From Camelus ferus (taxonomy: Eukaryota): a stretch of 64,000 bases of DNA. The translations under genes and the position numbers were made by a program. The notes below the pieces were generated by a model. The model saw nothing but the letters and a program-made list of their open reading frames with translations, was not told the origin of the DNA and did not search any database. Numbering within the stretch: the stretch's first letter is position 1; every line of letters starts with the position of its first letter. The stretch lies in assembly GCF_009834535.1 (NCBI RefSeq), contig NC_045732.1, forward strand, positions 93,124,001-93,188,000, in the 5' to 3' direction. Shown in pieces: positions 47,601 through 58,366 of this stretch.

Positions 47601-49377
47601 ATTTCAGCTGCAAATGTTGAAGTTAATTCAGAGCCTATGTTGTAGAGGTGCAAAAGTGCCCTTTTGTCTTTTTGCTGTATGAATTATTTTAGTACATTTT
47701 GTATTTCCAATTGTGTCCAATTGTGGACCTTTGTTTCAATGTAATGTTTTTCCTGCAACCCTGAGAATTGAGCTCTTTGTCCCACAGGAGGCATGAGCAG
47801 CAGAGTGGTGTAACAGAAGATCATTGGGTCCACAATTGTGCTACAGCCCTACTCTTTCCCCTGCAGGGGCTTCCCTTCCCCACCCTTTTCTTTCTCTAAA
47901 AATTCCCTCATAACAGTTTAGATTTCTAGCCATGTGAAGCCACTGCTTTCAGTTTCTCTCTCTGCCCAGTCATCAGTGAAGTGGACTTTCTTGATGGTTA
48001 TGGGTTGAGGTCCACATCCAGTAAGATCATTTTGTCTATAGCCTAAATGGAATTCATCAAGCTCTGTGATTGCAAGATTAGGACTTTTGATGCACTGGTA
48101 AGCAGCAGCGTTAGGCAAAACCCAGGCACATTGGTTAGGAGTTATGCATTGGGAGAGCAATTAGGTATGAAATACTCCTTCCCATTTTTAAAATCATTGA
48201 TGCCTGGGCCATGGGCCACCATGGATGTGTACCTGAATACCTTTGGGGGTTAGGAGAGCATACTTGACAGCCACAAAGGAAGCAGCAGTACAGGAGATGA
48301 GCAAGAATGTTCTCCTTGCCTGAATAACAGTGACTGTTAGGCAACTAATAGTCAGCTTAATTCTCCCCAAGATGATGGTCTCCTTCCTTTCCACTAGCCT
48401 CACAGAGGTGTCCCTGGGTCTGTCCTAGTAGCACACAACCATGAACAAGGTATGTTATGGCTGTTCAAGCAGCCAGTGACAGTAGCCAGGCTAGACAAAG
48501 TGATCAGAAAGCTATAGCTCCACCCTTGGTAACTGCACCTCAAGTGCCAACTGGTTAGGAATCTGTGTGTGCTGCCTGCACAGGCAGGAGCCTCAGAGAC
48601 CAGCTGCCAAACACAGGTCAAAACCATGATGGGATATAGTCAATTAGCAGTAATTCTTATCTTGAGGATTAGAGCATTCAAAGTGGAAAGAGATGGCAAT
48701 ACCTAGCAAAGACCACACACAGTGCCTTGCAAGCCAAAGCACAAGTCCACCAGCAACTGGCAGTTCTGTCCAAGACAGCATTTGTCATATCATGGAGTCA
48801 GTTAATTAGCCTGAGCAGTTAATTAAAGCTGACCAGCTGTCCTGGGTCATGGTTGGTCCATCCTGTTCATGACGCCAATTGTTTTGATCACCTCCTCTTC
48901 ACACCATTGTTGAGGGAGGGATCCTGCCCTAGGGCTATGGGGATGACCACGTACACAACACTGGACAGATGAAATGGACAGCAGTTTATTAGTCACATAT
49001 ACTTGCAGCCTGAAGGGGGAGGACACTGCATGTCACACAGGGCCACACAGGGTTTGCACTTGGAAAGAGTGAACAAGCAGGGGTATGGGAGGCAGGCTTT
49101 GCAGTATCAAGAAGACGGAGAAGCCCCTGGTTCCTGTGGGAGGATTTGATTGGTTTGTTTAACTAATTCTATGGGCTGGCAGGGAACTGAAGCCCACTAC
49201 TCAGGGATAAGCAGGAACTGTACCTGGTCTCCATGATAAAGAGGGTTGTTTGGCTAGAGGATCTTATCTGTGGAAGCAGAGTGGGGAAGGGAATTTGCAG
49301 TTAGGCCATTTGAGGCCCTCTTGATTTTACCATATGTCAAGGCAATACATAATATTAATTTTAGGCCATATACCACA
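44609..49377 (-). mobile_element. Degenerate class III (ERV-L-like) provirus with both LTRs
   Basis: Diverged direct repeats at 44609-45121 and 48880-49377 share long blocks such as acaacactggacagatgaaatggacagcagtttattagtcacatatac. The PBS is at 48860-48877. ORF 47000..47188(-) resembles the RT N-terminus (SFDIPIWPVLKPGKNEWCLTGDNYNLN). The internal region has many stops and deletions. Confidence 0.85.
48860..48877 (-). other. Primer-binding site complementary to the tRNA-Ser(CGA) 3' end
   Basis: The minus strand reads TGGCGTCATGAACAGGAT, against TGGCGTCACGAACAGGAT expected from tRNA-Ser(CGA) as recalled (17/18). It lies 2 nt from the 5' LTR end. Confidence 0.8.
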
Positions 49378-52300
49378 TTCCACCCCTCCCCCCGCTGCTT
49401 TCTGATTTAAAAGACAACTGTGTAAAGCAATCATGACAAGTCTGTGTTGATGACACTGTATAAAGATGTAATTTGTATGACAATAACAGCACAAAGGAGC
49501 AGGAAGAGAATGGAGCATTCTTGGAGCAAGTTCTTGAATAATATTGAAAACTAATTTGGTATTAATTTCAATTGGTTTGTATAAGTTAATATACTCATTG
49601 CAATCTCCAGGGAAGCCACTATGAAAATATAGTAAAAGAAACAAGTTAATCAAAATGGTAGGCTAGAAAATAATCCACTTAACCCAAAAGAAGGCAGTAA
49701 TGGAGGAGCTGATGAACAAAAATGACATGAAATATAGAAAACAAATAGCAAAAGCAGACATAAATCCTACCTTTTTGATAATTACATCAAATTCAAACAT
49801 CTTAAACACTACACCCAAAAGGCAGATTTGGAAGAATGGATAAAAAGCATGATCCAATTATATGCTGTCTACAGACATCCTTTGGATTCAAAGACACAAT
49901 TAAGTTGAAAGTAAAAGGATGAAAAAAGATGCATCATGAAAACAGTAACTAAAAGAGAGTTGACATACTAATATCAGACAAATAAACTTTATGACAAAAA
50001 TTGTTACTAGAGACAAGGAAGAACATTTTATAATGATAATAGGGTCAATACTTCAGGAAGATATAACAATTATAAATATATACACACCTAAAAAGAGACC
50101 CCCTCCCCAAACTACAGGAAGCAAAACCTGACAGAATTGCAGGGAGAAATAGACAATTCAACAATTATAGCTGGGGACATTACTACTGAACTTACAGATG
50201 TTTTTTTTAAAGGCATACTATGAATAATTGTATGCCAACAAATTAGATAACCTAGGTGAAATGGACAAGTTTCTAGAAAGACACAAGTTATCAAAACTGA
50301 TTTAAGGAGAAATAGAAATCTGAATAGACCGATACAAGTGAAATGAATCAGCCATCAAAAATTTCTACCAAAGACCTCCCCCTCCCAAAACAATAACACA
50401 AACCAGATAGCTTCACTGGTGAACTCTACCAAGTGTTTAAGGAAGAATTAAGACCAATCCTTCTGCTCAAGCCAAAAACCTAGAAATCTTCCTTGACTCT
50501 TCCCTTTCCATCACCCCTCCCCCATGTATCCCAAGTGCTTAACACAGTGCTTGGCATATTAATAAGCATGTATTCATTTATTCAATGAATATCGTGTTCT
50601 TACCATATTCCAGGTACTGTTCTAGGCATTAGACCTACAACAGCGAACAAAAGCCCCTGACCTCATGCGACTTACATCCTAGAGAATGAATGAATGAGTA
50701 AATCTTTTAATACTTAAATCAGGTACCACTTCTCCCACCCCTTCTCAGTCCTCTCTCTGTATCCAGCATACACTTTTACCATTGCATTTAGTTTTCTGTG
50801 CCGAAATTATCTTTTTTTTTACAAGACCCCCCCCCCACTTAACTGTGAACTCCTTGAGAGCGAATCTTATTTATTTATTGAATCTTATTTATTTCTAGGA
50901 CCTGGTACATAGCAAGTGCTCAATAATGGTTTTTTCTATACTATTCAAGGTATCTTCTAACTTTGAACACCATCTCCACCCTCTCTGGTTCAGTTCCGCC
51001 TCTAGACCCTACCACACACATACACAACTTGATGTGGTCAGGAACACCAGTCAGTTCTTTGTTTTTCCTGGATTCCAGATTCATTTCACACATAGGACCT
51101 TGGGGTGGTGCCTCAGGCAAAGCCTGCAAGTCTTGAAGTCATCTCAGCTGCCCGCGGAGAAGAGACTGCTCAGCCCTTTCTTTGAGTTTAGAGGGGGTTG
51201 TTACAGCCTGGTCATTCTGATCCGTTTGGTCCTGAAAGGCTACCCTTTCCACTGTAAACTGGGGTCTTAATAATTCCAAGCTCTTGCCTCGTCCTGGGTT
51301 AAATCCCTGCGGTGAGTCTGGGGTACACTCTGGACGGGTTAAGTGGAAGTTTTTCAAACTGGGGAAATAAAGATCAGCAAGAAAGTGTGACTAGTGCATT
51401 CAGCCCAGCTCCACTCCTGGGAGGACATCTCAAACCGCAGCTCCTGGTGAGGAAGGCCCAGCACAGTCAGCTTGGACGTAAGGCACACCGGGTCATTTGA
51501 GTGGTGGGACGTGGCAGTCCCCTCGATCCCTGCCGCACTTCCTATCTGTTAGGGAGTATAAATAATGCCGACCGCAGAATGTCTGCAGGTCAGTGTAATA
51601 ACCGCCGTGCTTCTGTCAGGAAAGTGGGCCAAGAAGGGTTAATTAGACCAAGGGACTCCAGTCATTTTGGGGAGGAGAGACTATTTTTCATTCCACATAA
51701 GCCTTGAGAACACCTGTGCGGGGCGGCGAGGCACGTGTGCTTGTGTGTCTGTGTGAGAGTGTTGGACGAAGCTGTCAGTGAAGGCCTTGAAGCAGATGCG
51801 GGGAGCACGAAGAGTGACGGATTTGAGGGACTCGGGGAACGGATAATAATGAAAGGAGGGGGTTAGAGGAGCCGACGGGGAAGACCCTGGGGGCAGGAAC
51901 GAGGCTGACAGTAAAGGTCCTGGGAGTGGGGAGGGGCTGACAGTGACCGCGGTGACCCTACCCAGAGCTCTGGCAGGGCTGCGGCTGCTGCCTGCATTTC
52001 CTTGCTAGTTGCTCCGGTGTCCCAGGCGGGCCCCCGTGGGCTGGACTAATACCGTGTGTGCCCCGCCACAACGCCAACACATCAAACAAGGCGCCATTAG
52101 GACAGGATCGTTTTCCNNNNNNNNNNNNNNNNNNNNNNNNNNNNNNNNNNNNNNNNNNNNNNNNNNNNNNNNNNNNNNNNNNNNNNNNNNNNNNNNNNNN
52201 NNNNNNNNNNNNNNNNNNNNNNNNNNNNNNNNNNNNNNNNNNNNNNNNNNNNNNNNNNNNNNNNNNNNNNNNNNNNNNNNGGATAGGTCCTCAGGCCAGC

Positions 52301-52912
52301 CCACAGAAATCTACGCTCTTCTTGCCCCCTTCCAAGCCATCCTCCTCTCTCCTGGAGATAGAAAAGGGTAACAGAGACCTTTCTGACACTTTTGCCTGGG
52401 GGACTCTGGTCAGCTGTCCATCTTGGCGGTGCCAGCAACCCCCTACATAGGTGGATTTGAAGGTCTGGAAGGTCTTCCCCATCTCAAAATAGCTTCCCCA
52501 CTGGCCTGTGCCACCGCCTGACATTTTCACTGTAATAAGCACTCCTCCCAGTTAAAACATTGTAGTCTCCAGAAATCCCCTGCTTAAATAAGACAAAGTA
52601 AAACTGGTTTATCTACAGGAGAGAATCCATAAATAATAACGGCACCTGACAATCACATAGCACTTTTCCTTGCTTTCAGTGGACTTTCCCCTCTGTGATC
52701 TCGTTTCATCTCTACATCAGCCCTTTGAAGAAGATACTATTATTATTATCCCCATTTTGCAGATGTCAAAATGGAGGCTCAGAGAGATTAACTGATTTGA
52801 TCAAAGGCCTAGGGCTAAAAAATGGTCTCCTGATGTCAAGCCTTAGGTGCTCTCTGTCATGCTAATACAAATGAATACTGGCAACGGAGAGTTCTAAAAA
52901 AAGATGTGTTTT

Positions 52913-53130
52913 CTACATACAGGCACATGTAGAATAGATAAACAAGATTATATTGTATAGCACAGGGAAATATATACAAGATCTTGTAGCTCACAGCGAA
53001 AAAGAATGTGACAATGAATATATGTATGTTCATGTATAACTGAAAAATTGTGCTCTACACTGGAAATTGACACAACATTGTAAACTGACTATAATTCAAT
53101 AAAAAAGTTAGAAAATAAAAAAATAAAAAG
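52913..53130 (+). mobile_element. Short 5'-truncated young L1 3'UTR fragment
   Basis: It has the same 3'UTR as the copies at about 38850-39040 and 41640-41830, plus an A-rich tail. The TSD agatgtgtttt is at 52902-52912 and 53131-53141. Confidence 0.88.
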
Positions 53131-54773
53131 AGATGTGTTTTGATGGGGGTGCAGGCAATGGCTGGTGTCACCTCCAAATAGGGTGTCGGAGAAAGGGCTG
53201 TCTAGCCAGATGACTGATGGAGACGGTGAGCCCCTGAGTGTAGGGGAGGGAGATGGGGGATAGGAGGGGTCGAAAGCAGCCTGGTCTCCTTCAATTCGAA
53301 TGTTAGTATTAGTGCACCCCAACTTTTCTCCCCGCTGGTAGGTGGAAAATAAAGTGCCTTATCTTGCTGCCAGAAGTGGTGGAGAGATGCTGGATGTAAG
53401 TGGGGAAGGGAAGTTCACATATTTGTGTCTCCCTGGGTCGGGCTGTCCTTTGTGCCATGTACCAGCAGCCTCTGGCCGCCCCACTCTCTTCAGGCAGTGT
53501 CCATTCAAGTCCAGGGCATTAAGATGAAGACAGAGCATTACAACACTGTATCAGTAATATAAGACAGTGCCCTGTCCTTAAAGCGTAATATCGTTTAAAA
53601 TGCAGTGTGTAGTAGACTGCAACTCAATTGGAAAGGATGCCTTGGACCATTTGGGACGCTACAGAACATTTGGCATAGCCATTAAAAAGTGTCCTCCAGA
53701 GCCCAGGAAACTAATTGCAAATGGTTAGGTAATGCACAGCTGATGGAAAGAAGATTTCCCCTTAAGTTGATTCCATGGAATATGTACAAGGATGTTTATT
53801 GCACTATTGCTTGTAACTATGAAAAACTGGAACTAAATTAAATGTCCAACCATGGGGAGTTGGTTAAATAAGTCTGAAACATTCCCATGATGGAATGTTA
53901 TATAGTTACTAAAAAAATGAGGTAAACCTATATATACTGACATGGAAACATGCCCATGAAATAATATTGGTGTTTTTTTCAAAAGTAAGTTACAGAATAA
54001 TATTTATAGTTTGGTTCCATTTTTGTTCTCTACCTATGTGTGTAACTCTGTGTGTATGTGCATATATGCTTGTTGTGTATGCGTAGGAAAAGTGGAAAGG
54101 TCTGGAAAAATATACACCAGACTTTTTATCAGGTTACTTCTGAAGAGTGAGATTGGAGAGGGAAGGAATTTCACGTTTTAATTTCTACACTTCTGTATTG
54201 CTTGAAATTTAGGTGCATATTTCACTTTTGCACCTGCTGACTGTTTGTTAAAGGAAGACAGCCTTTACTGAGCAGCCCCTCCTCGTTATAGCAGGATCTG
54301 GGTTCCTAGCAGGGCTGAGAGGCAGGCATGGAGCTGGGTGCATTTAACCTTCAACAGAACTTCTTACCCATCCAACTGAACTGCAGTGCTACATTTTTTT
54401 AACAGCAAGACACTAAAAGACAACCTTACTAAGATACCCTCTCTACTAACCAAAACTGCTCATTCTATCCCTGTCTCTACTCTGTCTTTCCCTCAAACTC
54501 CCACCACCCCATCACACCCCAGGCAGAATTTCTTTTATCTTCCCACAGGTCAGTTTCCCAGAAAGCTGTTCCTTTCAGGCAATCCACAGAGTAGACAGCC
54601 CCCTACTGGTGTAATTTCAGGGGCCTAGAAAGAGCTGGACCAGAAAAAGTACTCGCCATGTGCCAGCACCAACAAGCTTTAATCACACAATTAAAGAGAA
54701 GTACAAATTCCCTTTACAGAGGTGACATATTGCCTGAAACTTGCACTCCGGCAAGGCAGACTGAAAGCAGAGC

Positions 54774-54806
<33 letters not shown>

Positions 54807-54819
54807 AAGAGAGAGAGAG
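54774..54819. repeat. Compound (TG)n(AG)n microsatellite
   Basis: tgtgtgtgtgtgtgtgtgtgagagagagagagaaagagagagaga. Confidence 0.95.
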
Positions 54820-57800
54820 AACCAAAGTAGGTGAGTCCTAACTCCAAGTACACAGCACAGGGAGGACAGAGTACAATTTATGAAACATTTACCTGTTTGT
54901 TTAATTTGTTTATCAGATAGAATTTGGAGGGTTTGGGGGGCTAATTTTAATAATAATACATGCTCACTGAATATATTTGAAAGATACAGAAAAGGATAAA
55001 GAAGTTAGTCACCTGTAATTCTGCCTCCCAGAGATAATTACAGTGAATGTTTATGACTTTCCTCTTAGTCATTTTTCTCTGCATAGATATGCAATTTAAA
55101 AAAATCAGGATCAAACTATACATGCAGTTCTTAGCCTACATATTCACTCATCATTATGGCTATTTCTATGTTCTTAATATTTGAAAACAATTTTCATAGC
55201 TATATAATATGAGCATCATATGGCTGTGGTATCATCTGGTTAATCATTCCCTTAATTTGGGGCATTTCTGGTTTTTTCCAGTTTTTCTCCTTTTATAAAT
55301 AACATTGCCGTGGACATCCTTGCACATAAATCTTATTCTGGATTTCTCTTTACTTAGTACAGATTCCCAGAAGTGGAATTACTGGGTCACAGAGTGTAAA
55401 CATTTTTAAAGGCTCTGTGGAGCAGTTTGAACTGGTAGCAAATCTATTGATTCCAAGAAACTACCGAACACAGAAATCCTCTCCAGTCCAAACTTGAACA
55501 AAGCAGTTGGACACACACCCCCACACGCAACAATGCCACATCTATTAGATGTTTAATGAATGTTTTTGATGGGGATAAAGGAAAAGTATGTACTGAGCTC
55601 TGTAATTAATTAGAGGAAGGAAACAAAGCAGTTACAGCTTCACTGAATCCTACCCCACTATCCCCACCAACCGCCATCTCTGGCAGGTAAACCAGGGCAT
55701 TCGTGAAACCCACCAAATGATCACCAGACCTATTCCTATGGGCTTAAGGCCACTCACCCTCATCTCCTGCCCTTTTTCCCCCTGATTATAAAGCAGTACA
55801 TCCAGTGAATTTTTCTGTATGGATTTTTTCCCTTCAATAAAGAGTTTACTGTATAAAATATGTTAACCATGTTTACTCATTGACTGATCTCGCTCTAACC
55901 TTAACCTTTTGTGATGATTAACCTCTGTCACATTTATTCTAAAATTCAAAAAAGCATTATCTAGCCTTTTTGAATATCAAGATTTCCCTAGTGTATTCAT
56001 TGATGCTTGTGTTATTGTTCTCTGTTGCTGTTTTCTGCCTTCAAATTAGGAAAATGTGAAATTCTGTGGGAAAAAAAAACCTTTGATTTTAAAAAGAAAT
56101 TACCTCCTTTCTATAGTAAGAAACAGGTTGTTCTTCAGAACTTCTCTATCAAGAAGTTACTAGACATATGTATACTGGTATCATTTTTACGCTTTTGTTA
56201 ATGTTTCCAAACAATGTACTTTGAAATCAGAATCATTTCTTTATATTCATTTTCGTATAATTCTCTTGATGGTCTTCGGAGCATTAGAACACATTAATGA
56301 TTAGTGATCAGAAACAAGCTGTAATTTCCACTCCCTGCCTTTAAGAGCTAAGTAGGTATTGTAATACAAGTGGAAGGGAGTTTTATTGTGCAAGAATGAA
56401 CTATCATTGGGTTTGATTGATTGAAGATGAACTTTGATGTGGTGCATTTGAAAGCTATTAAATGCACCTTACAATGCTTAACAAAAGTATATTATATTAT
56501 TATCGACAAAGTTTACGTTTTAAAAGGAGTATTTAACTCTCAAAACAAATAAACAAAAGTAAAAAACAGTGTACGTGGAGAAAACTATGGGGGAAAATGC
56601 ATTCTAACCCGTGAATCGTTGTTACCTCTGGGGAGAAGAACTGTGGGGGAGAGGGTAATTGCTGCGTCATGCGCCTCTTCAGTGTCATGTTTTCTTTCCG
56701 TAAGCAGAAAAAAGCAAGGGATAAAAAGTGCCATATATTCAACAAGTATTTAAGACCCTACTATGTACCAGGCATAACTAAGTGATCATTGTAGAGATTT
56801 TGAAAGCTGCGTGCAAAGACAACCTGGGGTATGTACAACAGAGAGCAGTAATGAATAAAAGAAAACAACCGAGCAGTTGGAGGTTTCTAAGGTACTTGTG
56901 GACTGTGACACTATGTTGCCTGCCTTCTAGGACTGCCCTCAGCCTCCGGCTCCAAGATCTGTGATTCCCACTGGACGCCTAGTACCCAGCTGAACCCCAA
57001 TCCGGCTCTTTGACAGGTCCTTCCCGTCGCTGACTGTAACCAGGTGTGTCTCAAGTGCTACAACATCTCCTTTGCAAGGTAAAGCCAAGAAGGTGTGAGG
57101 ACCCAGTTATTTTCACTTGCTGATGGGGAGAATGTACTCTGCTACAAATATTTTGGAGGACAACTTGGCGATATATATTAAAAGCCTTAAAAATATTTGG
57201 ACTTGATAAAACTCAGTGTAGTGGTTACTTCTAGGAGGGTTATTGGCCGAGAAGGGGCTCAAGGGAACCATCTGGGATGTGGGAAGGGTTCAACATCTTG
57301 ATCTGGTGGTGGTCACAAGAGTATATTTATGTAAAAATTCATTGATATGTATACTTAAGACCTGTGTACTTTACCATATGTTGATAAAAATGTTTTAATT
57401 AGGAAATATATATTTAAAACTTTTGAACCAAAAATTCCACTGTAATATTGTATCTTATGGTAATAAGGGTGCAAATATTTAATTCACTGTGTTATTTATA
57501 ATGTTGAAAAATTAGAAACTTCTAATATATCCCATAACAGGGAGTGATAAGTAAATGATATTCCATCCATTTAAAATCACGTTATGGAAAATGGCTTCTT
57601 AGTATTGGAAAACACTTATGATGTAGTGTTTGGTCACTAAAGCAGTTCACAGAATAGAAAGAAAACAATAACAAAGTAAAGGCAAGTACCAGCTTTGTGC
57701 CTTGGTGCTGTGGTGATTTTCCTGGTACCTGAAGAAAAAGACCAGCTGACAATGGGAATGTATCGAGTTTCATGGGCAAAATAACACCATCAACCATGGT

Positions 57801-58224
57801 TCTCCTCTGATTCTGCTGTTTGTGGTGCAGGCACTGAGTACTAGGCATTGACCTAAGGTAGTCGGGTGGGTAAAACTCAAGCCTCGATTAGGGATGTTGG
57901 ACTCTTTCCAGTTCTCTCTTATTCTGAAGCTCCTCTCTATCTTTGGTCAACTCAAGGATGGGAGCTGAGAGGTAGGTGGTGGTAAATCATGGTGGAGAGG
58001 AATGGTTAGGATGTAAATGTGTGTGTATGTATGTGTGGGGGTGTGTGTGTGTCTCTGCATTTGTGAATGCTTGTGTGGCCACTGTTTCAAATATGCATGA
58101 ATGCACGTCTGTGTATGTACACGTGGAGACATGATCCCTCTAGCCCACATTCCCAAATTTGGAATCAGAAAGGTACCACGCTAATTTAACCAAGTCAAAC
58201 TGATCATCAAAATAAGGTGGTGAT

Positions 58225-58366
58225 GGGGGGAGAGTATGGCTCAGTGATAGAGCACACGATTAGCAGGCATGAGGTCCTGTGTTGGATCCCCAGTACCTCC
58301 ACTAAAATCAATAAATCAACAAATCAACCTAGTCACACCCTCCACCAAATAAATTAAAAATTAAAA
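58225..58366 (+). mobile_element. Camelid-type tRNA-derived SINE (Vic-1-like)
   Basis: ggggagagtatggctcagtgatagagcac...gaggtcctgtgttggatccccagtacctcc followed by an A-rich tail. The perfect TSD aaaataaggtggtgatgg is at 58209-58226 and 58367-58384. Confidence 0.9.

Larger units (their letters stand above)
42525..50460 (+). mobile_element. Old L1 (5'UTR, ORF1 and start of ORF2) interrupted by the provirus at 44609-49377
   Basis: L1M-type 5' region from about 42525 and degenerate ORF1 at about 43640-44500. The inter-ORF region resumes at 49378. The ORF2 endonuclease region (gaatggataaaaagcatgatccaattatatgctgtctaca) runs about 49790-50460. L2 fragments flank it on both sides. Confidence 0.75.
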
